Assembly: GCA_001662655.1 (NCBI GenBank)
Contig: KV460241.1
Strand: one strand, 5' to 3'
Length of the DNA stretch: 64,000 nucleotides
DNA from: Pseudogymnoascus verrucosus
Lineage: Eukaryota
Of the stretch, positions 23,371 through 35,766 are shown piece by piece. Both the position numbers and the translations under genes were made by a program. The notes below the pieces were generated by a model. It worked only from the letters and a program-made list of their open reading frames with translations. It searched no databases and was not told where the DNA came from. Numbering within the stretch: the first letter of the stretch is position 1; the number at the start of each line of letters is the position of its first letter.

Positions 23371-26040
23371 ATGGCGAACCAAAAGCCCCTATCCCACGAC
23401 GCAGTGATGGAGGCGGATAACCCGGCCATACAGGCGGTGGACTTCCATCACCCATACACACCCTATTCCATCCAAGAAGAGTTCATGCAAACCGTCTATT
23501 CCGTCCTCGAGCGCGGCGACTCCAGCGTCGGGATCCTCGAATCCCCAACAGGGACGGGGAAATCGCTATCCCTTATTTGTGCCTCGCTGACGTGGTTGAG
23601 GGAATATAAGCGCCGATGCTTTGAGGAGGGGATGAAGATGGAGGTTGCTGACGAGGATGAGCCGGAGTGGGTTATCGAGGCGGCTAAGGCGCGGAAGAGG
23701 AAGGAATTGTTAAGACATCGGGAGGAGATGGAGAAGAGACTTGAGAATGCGAGGAAGAAGGAGGCGGCGATGAAGAAGAGGATGTTAGCGGAAACTAAAG
23801 GCGGGAAGAGGAGGAGAGTTGAAGAGGGCGGTCTGGGAGTGGAGAAACAGGACGATGAGGAACAATTCGCGCTTGATGACTATGAGAGTGATAGGGAAGC
23901 GGACGGTGCTTCGAAGTCGGGAAGTGCGACGGGTGGGCTGTCGGCGGAGACGCTGGCGTTGATGGATAAACTGGGTGTGGGTTATGGGAAGGCGAGGGAG
24001 GAAGAGGAGGAGGAAGTTGAGGAGGAGATTAAGATCTTTTACTGCTCGAGGACGCATTCTCAGCTCACGCAGTTTATCAACGAGTTACGCCGTGTTAAGA
24101 TACCACCTGCTCTTCAGCCGGAACCTGCGCCTGTTAAGCCACTGCTGGAAGAGGAGTTTAAGCATTTGACTTTGGGATCAAGGAAGAACCTGTGTATCAA
24201 CCCTTCAGTTAACAAGCTTCGATCTGCGACGGCGATTAATGAGCGGTGTATGGAATTACAGCAGTCTGGCACAGCGGCAGATAAGAAATGTGGCTTTCTT
24301 CCCAACCAACAGAACCAGCCTCTCGTCAACGACTTCCGCGATCACGCACTGGCAACGATACGAGATATCGAAGAACTAGGCGACCTCGGGAAGGAGCTGA
24401 AGATATGTCCCTACTACGCCTCACGATCCGCCATCAAACCCGCTGAGATCGTGACACTACCCTATCCCTTACTCCTGCAAAAGAGCGCACGAGAAGCGCT
24501 AGGCGTGAGCGTCAAAGGCCACGTTGTGGTCGTAGACGAGGCGCACAATCTCATGGATGCCATCGCCGGTATCTACGGGATCACAGTTTCACTAAGCCAG
24601 TTGAAACGATCTCGAGCGCAGATCGGACAGTACCTGCAGCGGTTTAGGAATAAACTCAAGGGCAAGAATAGGGTGTATGTCGCGCAGGTTGTGAGGTTGA
24701 TTGATTCGCTGGCGCAGTTTTTGGATGGGAAGGCTGGGCAGAAGGGGGAGATGGTGGTGGAGCCGAGTGAGCTGTTGGCGGGGAGGGGGGTGGATCAGAT
24801 TGATCTCTATAAGCTGATGAGGTACTTGCAGGATTCTAAGCTGGCGAGGAAGGTTGAGGGGTATATCATTTTTGCGGAGGGTGCTGCGGATGCTGGAAAC
24901 GCAGCTGGGAAGGCGAGAAAGCCAGATGGGGCATCCGAAGCAGCAACACCAACGCTGCAACATATCCAGTCTCTGCTAGTAGCGCTCACAAACCCATCTA
25001 AGGAGGGAAGACTCTTCTACGCCAAAGATCCCGAAACCTCCGACATCCTCCTCAAATACATGCTCCTCGACCCAACACACCACTTCCAAGAGATCGTCTC
25101 CGAAGCCCGAGCTGTCATCCTTGCAGGCGGAACTATGTCCCCCATGGCGGACTACACGTCTCATTTACTATCCTATTTACCAGCTGAGCGAATCACGACT
25201 CTCAGCTGTGGGCACGTCATCCCCAAGGAGAATCTGCTTGCTTGGACGTTATCAAAAGGGCCCACGGGGAAACCATTCGAGTTTACATTCAGCAAACGCG
25301 CGGGCCGCGAGGGGGAGGAGATGATAGATGAACTCGGCCGTGCCGTGCTGAATATCTGCACCATCGTCCCTGACGGCATCGTCGTCTTCTTCCCCAGCTA
25401 CTCCTACCTCGACACCGTTATCAAGCGATGGGAGGTTATTCTTGAACCCGGCAGGCCTAGCATCTGGGAGAGGTTGGGGAAGAGGAAATCGCTGTTTAGG
25501 GAGGCTAAAGATGCGAAGGTTGGAGCGGAAGATGTGCTCACGGAATATGCTAAGGCTATTGATGGGAATCAAGGCGGGCTGCTTCTCAGTGTTGTGGGAG
25601 GGAAAATGAGCGAGGGGATTAATTTCAGCGATCGTCTCGGTCGCTGTGTTATCATCGTCGGGTTACCCTTCCCCAACATAATGAGCGGGGAATGGAAAGC
25701 AAAGATGTCCTATATCGAAACCGCCACAATCGAACGTCTAGAAGCCACTTCCGAAGGCACTCCATCCAGTCGCCAAGCTGCAGGGAAGGCAGAAGCGAGG
25801 GAGTTTTACGAGAATGCATGTATGAGGGCTGTTAATCAGAGTGTGGGCAGGGCGATTAGGCATAAGAATGATTTTGCGTCTATTATCATGGTGGATGGGC
25901 GGTTTGGGAAGGAGGGGATTAGGAGGAAGTTGCCGGGGTGGATTAGGGATGGGTTGGTGGAGGGGTGCGAGGGGAAGGGGTTTGGGGAGTTGATGGGTGG
26001 GCTGGGGACTTTTTTTAGGAGTAAGAAGGTGACCTCTTAG
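23371..26040 (+). CDS. CHL1: Fe-S DEAH DNA helicase Chl1/DDX11 (sister chromatid cohesion)
   Basis: Intronless 889-aa ORF: FHHPYTPYSIQ, Walker A ESPTGTGKS, YCSRTHSQL, Fe-S cysteines (SRKNLCIN...ERC...KC...CPYY), DEAH, GGKMSEGINFSD, AVNQSVGRAIRH. Confidence 0.96.
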   Translation: MANQKPLSHDAVMEADNPAIQAVDFHHPYTPYSIQEEFMQTVYSVLERGDSSVGILESPTGTGKSLSLICASLTWLREYKRRCFEEGMKMEVADEDEPEWVIEAAKARKRKELLRHREEMEKRLENARKKEAAMKKRMLAETKGGKRRRVEEGGLGVEKQDDEEQFALDDYESDREADGASKSGSATGGLSAETLALMDKLGVGYGKAREEEEEEVEEEIKIFYCSRTHSQLTQFINELRRVKIPPALQPEPAPVKPLLEEEFKHLTLGSRKNLCINPSVNKLRSATAINERCMELQQSGTAADKKCGFLPNQQNQPLVNDFRDHALATIRDIEELGDLGKELKICPYYASRSAIKPAEIVTLPYPLLLQKSAREALGVSVKGHVVVVDEAHNLMDAIAGIYGITVSLSQLKRSRAQIGQYLQRFRNKLKGKNRVYVAQVVRLIDSLAQFLDGKAGQKGEMVVEPSELLAGRGVDQIDLYKLMRYLQDSKLARKVEGYIIFAEGAADAGNAAGKARKPDGASEAATPTLQHIQSLLVALTNPSKEGRLFYAKDPETSDILLKYMLLDPTHHFQEIVSEARAVILAGGTMSPMADYTSHLLSYLPAERITTLSCGHVIPKENLLAWTLSKGPTGKPFEFTFSKRAGREGEEMIDELGRAVLNICTIVPDGIVVFFPSYSYLDTVIKRWEVILEPGRPSIWERLGKRKSLFREAKDAKVGAEDVLTEYAKAIDGNQGGLLLSVVGGKMSEGINFSDRLGRCVIIVGLPFPNIMSGEWKAKMSYIETATIERLEATSEGTPSSRQAAGKAEAREFYENACMRAVNQSVGRAIRHKNDFASIIMVDGRFGKEGIRRKLPGWIRDGLVEGCEGKGFGELMGGLGTFFRSKKVTS

Positions 26041-26321
26041 TGAAATGTATCTGTGATATGTATGCAAATACAATTTTCTATATCAGTATAGCTTCTGATG
26101 GCTCTCAAAGGGGTCGGTCACGTGATCGCGAAATTGTCCTGGATTCTAGAATTGGTGGTCTCCAATGGAACTCGCAGATTTATTTGACATCGATTTCATA
26201 TACTGAGTTCCAATAGATCATTATATAATACATTTCAATTGCGGTTCAGTAGCGCCTTCAAATAATTGTCAAATTACTATATTGGGCATGTCGTCGTCAC
26301 TCACTATCGCTCCTATCCGCG

Positions 26322-26340
26322 TTAGGGTTTTCAGCCCTGA
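26322..26340 (+). promoter_or_regulatory. Inverted TTAGGG/CCCTGA telobox-like element upstream of the ribosomal protein gene
   Basis: TTAGGG-TTTTCAG-CCCTGA about 105 bp before the RPL28 ATG. It resembles the Tbf1-type motifs of ascomycete ribosomal protein promoters. Confidence 0.5.
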
Positions 26341-26444
26341 CCGATAAGCGAACGCGCTAGCAATTGTGAAGTCAAGCAAATTGAAGATTGTGTACAGAGA
26401 ATTGAAGGTCATCGACAAATTTACGGCACTCGACATCCCCGACA

Positions 26445-27140
26445 ATGCCTACCCATCTTTCGAAGACCCGCAAACAGTACGTCTGAACCAGATCTCTACC
26501 GAATCTATATCATCGGCATCAATGCAAAACTTGAGCGATGATGCGCCCCTCAGCGAAAGCTCGAGGGTGAGCGCCGGGGCGAAGCTTTAGCCTCGTTAGA
26601 ATTTTGTCGTACACTGTACTGACATTTTCATAGCCGCGGTCATGTCTCCGCCGGTAAGGGACGTGTAGGAAAGCACCGCAAGCATCCAGGTGGTCGTGGT
26701 CTCGCTGGTGGTCAGCACCACCACCGTACCAACATGGACAAGTACCATCCTGGTTACTTCGGAAAGGTCGGTATGCGTTACTTCCACAAGCAACAGAACC
26801 ACTTCTGGAAGCCTGTTGTCAACCTCGACAAGGTATGTATACCCTCTGATATTTTGCCCCGCGACAAAAAGTCTTTCAGCCGTGTCGTGGTGGGAGGGAA
26901 TGGTGGCTAATTGACTCGCAGCTCTGGTCGCTCGTCCCCGCTGAGAAGCGTGAGGAGTACCTCCAGTCCAAGAACACCGACACCGTCCCCGTCATCGACC
27001 TCCTCCCCCTCGGATACTCCAAGGTCCTCGGAAAGGGTCGCCTGCCAAACATCCCAATTGTCGTCCGCGCCAGATGGGTCTCGAAGCTCGCTGAGAAGAA
27101 GATCACCGAGGCCGGTGGTGTCGTTGAGTTGGTCGCATAA
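26445..27140 (+). CDS. RPL28: 60S ribosomal protein uL15 (yeast L28/CYH2, mammalian L27a); 3 exons
   Basis: Exons 26445-26476, 26634-26832, 26922-27140: [62 protein letters not shown]...[13 protein letters not shown]...[16 protein letters not shown]. Confidence 0.97.
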
Positions 27141-27528
27141 ATGGGTTTATGATTCAGGGTTGTTATTCTAGTCGGTATCTCATGGCATGAAAGGATTGGC
27201 ATGGCTACGGCTATCGGAGTTCGATCAATGATATCAAAACACATCACGAACAATTTTTGCCCTTATGTTTATGTGACCGCAATTTTGTCTGGTGCTGTGA
27301 GAACTCTTTGAAAATTTGCGGCTTGAAGATCCTTCATTCTCGAACATGTTAAAACTCAAAACGTTCTTTTGTATGTGATTGTTTTATTACAGTATTTCTA
27401 TAATCGTGGTATCTCTAGCTGCTGAGCAACGTCTTAAACGCCCGGAATAATCCATAATGAAGCCTATCCCTATGCAATGCCCCTTAAATGCCGTCCGTCC
27501 CCAACTCCCCCAAAACATTCGCCGCTAA

Positions 27529-29007
27529 TCATATCATATTTATCTCGTCCTCATCCTCGTCCTCCGTAGCTGCATCTTTCTCCCTCAAAAAAGGATGCTC
27601 CAGCGCTTCCGCTGCACTAATCCGCTTGTTTGGATCCAAATCAAAGCAGCGTTCCAAGAATCGTATCGCTAGTTTCTCCTCATCGCTCAAGGAGACATCC
27701 TTCCCATTAGCATCGTTTTCCGTCCTGCACGTGCTCCACAGAATAATCTTCTCGAGACTAAATCCTTGCTGTCCGACTGTTGGGATGTTGGTCTCGAAGA
27801 CAGTTCCGTGTAGCAGCGCCCCTTGCTTCATACGTTTTGAGCCGAAGATTGTTGCAATCTCAATCATGGCCTCAACGTCGTCTGCTGAGTTGAAAAAGGG
27901 AAAGCGTCGTGACAGGATAGTCAGGAGAATGACACCCACGGACCAGATGTCGATTTTGGTTGTTTGTGCCGTGCATTTAAAGAGAACCTCTGGCGCACGG
28001 AAACCACGGGTTCCAGCGCGGTTCGCTCGACGTGAAGGGCGAGTGTCTTGTTTGGGATAGCCAGCTGCAGGCCCATTGGCCGCCGCGACGCTGTTATTGA
28101 TATGCCGCCGACGATCCATGGAATGTTGTTGGCATAGACAAGGCTTGCTATCCGTGCCTTCGCGCTCAGCAAGGCCGAAATCGACGAGCACACCGTGCCG
28201 CCTTGACGGCTCGTAAAGGAAGTTTGTGGGTTTGATGTCACGGTGTAGAATGCCCTGCTTGTGGACTGCGGCGAGGGCAACGAAGAGGGAGCGGAAGTAG
28301 ATACGCATATCTGGGATGGTCATCTTCCGGAAATACTCTCGGAAGTCTGAGTGCTTGAAGTAGGGGAGGACGGCCACCACTTGGTCGGTGTGGCGGTAGG
28401 CGGATATGAGTGGGCAGACGGATAGACAACCACGGAGATCGTTCAGGAGATCCAGCTCGTTGAGAATGCGGGACGGACTGCTGGTAACATAGATTTGCTT
28501 GATAGCAACAAACTTTGGCTTTCGGCGGGTAGGTTCAACAGAGCCTCTTTTTAAGTCTGGCGCAGCCCATTTGGCATTCTTCTCGATCTCCTTTTGTTCC
28601 AAATCCCAGCTGTTTTCAAACATGTCATAATTCAGATCCTCTGCCTTATAAACCGTAGAAAAGGTCCCTGCATATCGTTAGAATCCAATCCGACAACAGT
28701 TCAAAATATAAGAAAACCAACCTTCTCCAATTCGATTTATGAGCCTGAATCGATCTTTAATGCCTTTGAACGTTGCCACGAATTTGTCCATGTCCTCTTG
28801 AACTGCGGGGTCAACTTCCTCTTCACTCTCCTCGGACCACTCGGAGTACGCATCCGTCTCCTCCAATTCGGCTTGCTGGGCCCATACCATCTCTTCGTCC
28901 TCTATCATTTGGTCATGGGTCTCCTCGTCTGCGGAGTCGTCAATCTCTGGGTCTTCGTCGTTTATGTCAAATTGGACAGGTCGTGCATAGTCTTTCACCA
29001 CGCTCAT
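27529..29007 (-). CDS. CDC7: Cdc7/Hsk1 (DDK catalytic) Ser/Thr kinase; 2 exons
   Basis: Intron 28721-28668 joins RLINRIGE|GTFSTVYKAED. Also VAIKQIYVTSSP, HRDIKPTNF, DFGLAE, RRANRAGTRGFRAPEVLFKC and QTTKIDIWSVG. Confidence 0.95.
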
Positions 29008-29359
29008 GGCGTCCTGTGAAGTCCAATTGCTCAGAACCAGTATTGTTTATTGCAATTACCCTGGTCCTATATTAGGAGCCACAACAGTACAAATTTGCCT
29101 TAAGAATTAACGAAATTCGAATCTTCGAGGCGCTTCGAGGGCGGTTCGCGACGGAGAACGCGCTCTTATCAACAGTTGACTAGACTCGATTAGGAACGAA
29201 AATCAACAATCGCGACCACCCATCGTCCACGGTGATTATCATAAACAATCTCACCCGTCACAACAAGTTAGCAACGACAGACGACAGCTGCTTTGTTTGA
29301 AGCTGACGAACGTTTGGCTGTAAGGCATATTTGCCGCACACTTGGAATTTTTCGCAATC

Positions 29360-32300
29360 ATGGACAATATCGACTTCGACATCAACGATGCGCTCAAGCA
29401 TTACATGAGCGACCCCACGAACATACCCACCCCAGAAGCCGATTCGAACCTCACCGACTGCGAAAACGACCCCGAAGCCTTTACGAACTCGTTGATAAAC
29501 AGTATCTTGAATCCGATTGTGGACTCTGTGGCGGAGAACCCAGATGCTATCACGAGAAGCTCTTCGTTCGACTCTTTGCAGTTCCTTCTAAAGTGTGCCC
29601 CAACTTCCATTACTGCTTCAGACCCCCACATCTCCTCCAAAAGCCCAAGTCCTAAACTCTTCCTGCTTTCTAGATCAACGTCCATCCTCCCGCCACATGC
29701 CTTGGGCAAAGTCCTGGACCTCGTCGTCTCGGGCTTGTCCGCCGAAGCCGATATAATCAGCAATGATCTCGAGTCGGACGAGCAGGATATTATCGCACAC
29801 CACAAACAGCTTCTAGAAATCTTCGGATTTCTGTTACAATGGACGTTGGCAGCTGTTGAAACGAAGGCGGCGGAGAAACCTACAACAACACCAGCATCAA
29901 GAGGCAGAGGCAAGGCCGCCAAGCCAAAGGCCTCAGCAAAGGACGCCAACTGGGACTCGTCGGCGCAACTACAGGTTGCACTCGAAGTCATGTGCAAGGT
30001 GCTGAAGCTCAAGCTCTCGAAGATTTTCCTTACTACATCTGAACGAGATACATTTATCGGCTTACTTACAAGGCCCGCATACTTGGTTCTGGAGAGCGAG
30101 CAACGTGTTAAGAGCACAGCAATCCGCATGCATGTTTTCAAGGTTCTGTGTATTGCAGTGAAGCATCATGGGCACGCCTATGCTGCCCAGATCTCCATTG
30201 TGCAGAATCTAACATATTTCGAGCATCTATCGGAGCCTATGGCAGAATTCCTACATATCCTTGCTGAGCAGTATGACTATCCCCAACTGGCAGATGAGGT
30301 TCTCAGGGAACTTAGCAACAAGGAGTTCAACAGCAATGATACTAAAGGGCCGAAGTCGGTATCTACGTTCATGGTCAAGTTCTCTGAGCTGGCACCAAGG
30401 GTGGTTATCAAACAGATGACCATGATTGCAAAGCAGCTTGATAGCGAATCTTATACCCTACGCTGTGCTGTTATCGAAGTGTGCGGGAACATGGTTGCAG
30501 ATTTAAGTAAGCAGGAAGAGCGTGGAGAGAACCACAAATCGCAGCTGAACGCCTTCTTCGACGTGCTCGAAGAGCGCTTTCTCGACATCAACCCCTATTC
30601 CAGGTGCAGAACAATCCAAGTTTATATCAAGCTCTGCGATCTCGAGCAGAAGTTCCCAAAACGCAGGCAAAAGGCGGCTGAGCTAGCCGCTCGAAGTCTC
30701 GAAGACAAGAGCAGCAATGTCCGCAGAAATGCAATCAAACTCCTTGGGGCGTTAATCAAAACACATCCTTTCAGCGTCATGCATGGCGGGGAGCTCAATT
30801 ACCAGGATTGGAACGCCCGTTTAGACGCTGTGGATGCGCAATTGAATGCGTTAAGGCCTCCTCCGGAGACCCCTGGGTTGGTGGACAAGACTGCTGCGAC
30901 TGTTGACGAAGCACTTCTTGATGAAGCGACGCAAATGGAGACCGACTCGCCTCAAAAGCCTATGACTGATAGCCAGAAAATTGCGGCTGTTCAGAAAGCG
31001 CAAGAGGAAGCAGCAACTTCCGAAGCAATCGGCAAGTTGACACTCACAAGAAGATACTATGTCGAAGCGTTGAAGTTCATTGAAGTTTTGCACGGAGCAA
31101 CAACAACAATTTGTCAATTACTTGGCTCTAAGAACAAGAGCGAGGTGATAGAGGCGATGGACTACTTCAAAATCGGTGATGCATACAAGATCGAGCAAAA
31201 CAAGTTGGGCATTCGACGCATGCTCAGACTTATTTGGACAAAGGGAAACAGCGATGAAGGAAAGGGCGTTCAGTCCCACCTAATTGATTGTTACAAAACG
31301 TTGTTCTTCGAAGCACCGGACTCCTTCAGCGCAAATGATGCGGCGAATTACATTGCGAGGAATATGATCAGTTTGACATTCGGAGCGACTCCAGCTGAGC
31401 TTACGTCGTTGGAGCAGCTTTTAAGCACCATGATGAAAGCGGGCCATGTCTCCGAAACTGTGATTTCGAAGCTTTGGCAGGTGTACGGTGTACAGAAAAA
31501 GGAAATCTCAAAGAGCCAACGCCGCGGTGCAATTATTGTGCTAGGTATGCTAGCCACAGCAAGCCCTGATATAGTTGTTGGTGAGCTGGAGACGATGCTT
31601 CGAATCGGGTTGGGAGGACTTGGGAGAAGGGATCTTCAGCTTGCTAAATATACGTGTATCGCCCTGCGTCGTATCAGCCCAACAGGGCGTCAATCCCAAG
31701 AGTCGGGTTCCAAATTTTCAAAGCTCCCCAACGATCACGCGGTTCTCTCGAAGCTTGCTTCGATAATTGAAGTGGAGTCCGATAGCAAAGAATGGTATGG
31801 AGTTGCCGAGCAGGCTATCAGCGCCATCTATGTCCTATCCAAGCACCCAGATACACTGTGCTCGGAGATCTTGCGAAGGAAGACGAAGCATGTTTTCCAG
31901 AAGCGTCAAAAGTCTGAGCCGCCTGCGCCCACGCCTGCTGCTGACCCAGATGCCATGGACGTTGATATGATGGACGTTGACGAAGGGACACCACCAACTC
32001 CACCACAAGAAGAAGAAGAGCCTAACGAGCCTGGCCAGAAAGGCTCCATTGCATTGTCTCAGTTGCTGTTTATTGTGGGCCATGTTGCTATCAAGCAAAT
32101 AGTCCACTTAGAGCTTTGTGAATTAGACTTCAAGAGGCGCAAAAATGAAAAGGACAAGGTTAAGCCTGCCGCAACTCCAGCAGAGAAGCAGGCCAAGGAA
32201 GACGCCGACGATCTTGACCTGATTGGCGGGACTACAGAGGACGACTTCACGGAAGCTATGGCACACATTAGGGAGCGAGAGCTTCTCTATGGCCCGGACT

Positions 32301-33096
32301 CTTTGTTAGCCAACTTTGGCCCTCTTGTGGCCGAGATCTGCTCAAACAACACTAGCTACAAAGACCGTAACCTTCAAGCCGCAGCAACGCTTTGCTTAGC
32401 AAAGCTCATGTGTGTCAGCTCCGAGTACTGCGAACAGAACCTTCCTCTTCTGATTACGATCCTCGAGCGCTCTAAGGATCCCATTACCCGCTCCAACGTC
32501 GTCATTGCCCTCGGAGACATGGCCGTCTGCTTCAACCACCTCATCGACGAGAACACGGACTTCCTATATCGCCGCTTGAATGACAAGGATGCCAGTGTTA
32601 AGCGTACATGTTTGATGACTTTGACATTCCTCATCTTGGCTGGCCAAGTGAAGGTCAAGGGTCAACTTGGAGAGATGGCGAAGTGCCTCGAGGATGAGGA
32701 TAAGAGGATTGCCGATCTCAGTCGGATGTTCTTCACGGAGCTTAGCACCAAGGACAATGCGGTTTATAATCACTTCGTAGATATGTTCAGTTTGCTCTCG
32801 GCGGAGAAGGACTTAGAGGAGGACGCCTTGAAGAGGATCATTAAGTTCTTGGCCGGTTTTATTGAGAAGGTAAAGAAACACTCTAGGAATTGGATGTGTG
32901 AAGACATTGTGCTAATACTATGCAGGATAAACATGCTAAGCAGCTCGCTGATAAACTGGCGGCTAGGCTGGCGAGATGTGAGAGTGAGAGGCAGTGGAAT
33001 GATGTCGCATACGCTCTAAGCCTGCTCCAGCACAAGAATGAGGAAATAACGAAGACAGTTGCGGGAGGGTATAGGGTTGTACAGGCGAATGCTTAA
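29360..33096 (+). CDS. YCS4: Condensin HEAT-repeat subunit Ycs4/Cnd1 (CAP-D2)
   Basis: ATG 29360. Long ORF with ERFLDINPYSR, LEDKSSNVRRNAIKLL, CLAKLMCVSSEYCE, RSNVVIALGDMAVCF, LTFLILAGQVKVKGQ. Terminal intron 32870-32925 with stop at 33096, and a probable additional in-frame intron at 29593-29673. Confidence 0.95.
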
Positions 33097-33375
33097 AGAC
33101 ATGTAGACTGGTATTATTACGACGGGTTTGGCGTTTGGTCTATAGGCAGTAATGATTACATGACTTGTTCCCAGTCCTTAAACAATACCATGCACAATAA
33201 CATTTTCAATCATATCTTGAGTTTGTTTGCCAATAATTTGATGGTCTAAAATACAACTATGAGAGACATCCTAGGCCCAAATCTCCAATCTATCATCGTA
33301 CACTAATATTATACACGTTTCGCCATTAGAGTGGATATGTAAAAAACAAGCATGAAAGTATCACCAATCCCCCAT

Positions 33376-34277
33376 TTAAGCCTCAACGAAGCCCTTGACA
33401 TTCGCCAGCCATGCCAGGTACTCCTTCTGCTCCTTCATGTCTATGTAATCAGGGGCGAAGAGAGCCAGAGCGGTGTTGATGCCTCTCTCGTCCAGGTATC
33501 TCTCCAAAGTAATTTGGAGATCCTCATCAAGGTTGCCGAATGGTGGGCCAACGTAGAGGTCCTGTCTGGTGTGTGCCAGCTCAGCGGTCTTGGCGCGTGC
33601 CTGCGCGGCATCCTTGTAGTAGTAGACGTTGTCGATGATGATTTGTCCATCCTGGGCAATGGTCTCGACGGCGAGCGCGCCCTTGTTTGCCTTCTCGATG
33701 ATAACGTTGATGCGGACTGGGAAGGAGTCTGTGGCCTCGGACTCGCCCTCCTCCTCTGCAAGTTCCTTCTCTTGCTGCTCAATATCCTCCTCATCAGCCA
33801 TGGCGCGGTCCTCATAGTCGGCTTCGGGGTCGATGGCGTTCAAGTCGGCAACGGAAAAGGAGACGCGGATACTATTACGTTCTTTTAGCACAGTACTTTA
33901 TCATCAGGGATTGAATTTACTCACGATTCCTCGCCGTATGTCCTCGTCAATACGACTTCCTCCGATCCCTCAACATCTTGGATCTCGAAGGGTCCGTTCT
34001 CGAGGTACTCCCTAACGCTTTGCGGGACCTCGCTGTTCTCCTTCATCTCTTGCTCCATCGAAATCTCAGACTCAAGCTTGGCGACGAGCTCATCGTCAAC
34101 CTCACCTGCCGTTGCCTTGTACATTCTCGATGTAGAGAACGCGGCGGCGGCTTGTGTGCGGATTGGCATCCATGATGACTGAATGGAAATAGGAGCTGCT
34201 GAGCGGCGAGCAGCGGAGACTGTGAGCCTGGAGACGGCGCGCGGAGCTGAGCGCGCAATGGCACGAAGAGAAAGCAT
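33376..34277 (-). CDS. MAM33: Mitochondrial acidic matrix protein Mam33/p32 (C1QBP) family; 2 exons
   Basis: R/S/A-rich mitochondrial presequence (MLSLRAIARSAPRAVSR). Intron 33924-33872. EVVLTRTYGEESIRVSFS...YVGPPFGNLDEDLQ...YLDERGINTALA...KEQKEYLAWL. Confidence 0.93.
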
Positions 34278-34651
34278 GATTGGAATGCTGGGATTATGGA
34301 ATTGGATTATTTTGAGATGAAAGAATGTGATGGTAAATGATGATATCTTCGATCAAGACAGTCGTCAGTCAACAGCAACTTTTTAGAGCTGCGGGAGCTA
34401 ATCCGTGCCACGCCTAGTGGGGTCTAGCGTAATATCAGACCCGCTGGTAACATTTATCACCAACTGAACAAAATGGAAGCTCAGATACGAAATTGGAAGT
34501 CTCAATAATTACAATAAACGATTTCTTGCACTATAAATCCTGGCTAACTATTGTTATCCGTAAAAGAGCCGCTTCACTTTCACAAATGTTGCGGTATTGT
34601 CGCCCAACTCCTTCAGATGCACCATATAAACGCCTTCGGATCATTATATCT

Positions 34652-35397
34652 TCATGTCTGTCCCTTAGGCGGGAAGCTAGATGGCTTCACGGTCCCATTC
34701 TTCGCAATTGTAACCCATTTCAGAGTCGGCAGATACGACCAAGTCCCGTCCCATCTATCGAGATATATAGCGTTGTCGGGGATTGTTAGGTCAGGTAGGT
34801 CTGTCATAATATCAGTAACAGGTCCACAGGTCTAGGATATTTACTAACAGAAGCCATTCTCCCACTCCTTCTCGTCTTTAGCTATTTTGATCCTCAAAAC
34901 GTCCTCTCTTGTTGAAGACGGCCGTCCTGGGCGGCGTTGGCTTTTGACTTCGCTGAATTCTTCGTCGTGTTGGTGTACGAATCTACCCGTCGGATTAGTA
35001 CACATCGTATAAATGCATATAGAGATGCATACTCTTCAATTAGTGGCGTAATTTGTTCCATCGTCAATTCCTTCCCGTCATTCTTGCGCACAGCTTCCTG
35101 GAAATAAGCTGCCCGGACAACTAATCATCGTCGTTAGTGTTGACCCGAAAACCACTAAAGCCACAGCACTCACTCAAAGGCTGGTTATCCTTCCTCTTTG
35201 CCGTTCCTACTCGTTTGAGCTTCTCGTCTCTGTTACTCGCGCGGCGGAGGCGCATGGAGTCTGCCATGGATTTTTAGTACAGGAGGTAGCTGATGGAAAT
35301 GTGTGGGGCGCGGACCTCTAGAGTTCTCATGAAGGGCATGGATATCGCCGCCCTTCTTGTTAATCTTCTTCCGGGTCTTTTGGAGTCCTTTCGGCAT
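34652..35397 (-). CDS. TMA16: Translation machinery-associated protein 16 (pre-60S factor); 5 exons
   Basis: Four short introns (first at 35315-35261). Spliced product MPKGLQKTRKKINKK...LHENSRDSMRLRRASNRDEKL...FVHQHDEEFSEVKSQRRPGRPSSTREDVL...EWENGFYLPDLT...WDGTWSYLPTLKWV. Confidence 0.88.
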
Positions 35398-35766
35398 CTT
35401 GAATACGAGGAGAGCGTGGTCGTTATCGTAGATTATCTCGGTCGGCGATGTTAAAAGTTCCCTCATTTTCAACTTTCCTTATCGTTTATCGTAATCTTCT
35501 AGTGCCAAAATTGTGGGCGCGGCCCGTTTCCATGCCGACATGGAGCGACGCGACCAGGCGTCTAGACGCGATTTATGACCCTTGAAGCCCTGGATATCGA
35601 GGGGTGATAGCCACTGCGACACGACAACCTTCCTTTCAGGACCCAGAGCACCTTCAGCCTTGCACTTCTTCTAGTTGCCATTTATTTGCCCACCAATGCT
35701 CATGCTCATGCGGTAGTCGACATTCCACGAGTCCCTGCGTCTCTTCACCACGGCCCTTTGTGACCA

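Noticed and set aside
26700..26730. Possible cycloheximide-resistance substitution in uL15 (CYH2 Q38)
   Set aside because: The wild-type GGQHHHR is retained.
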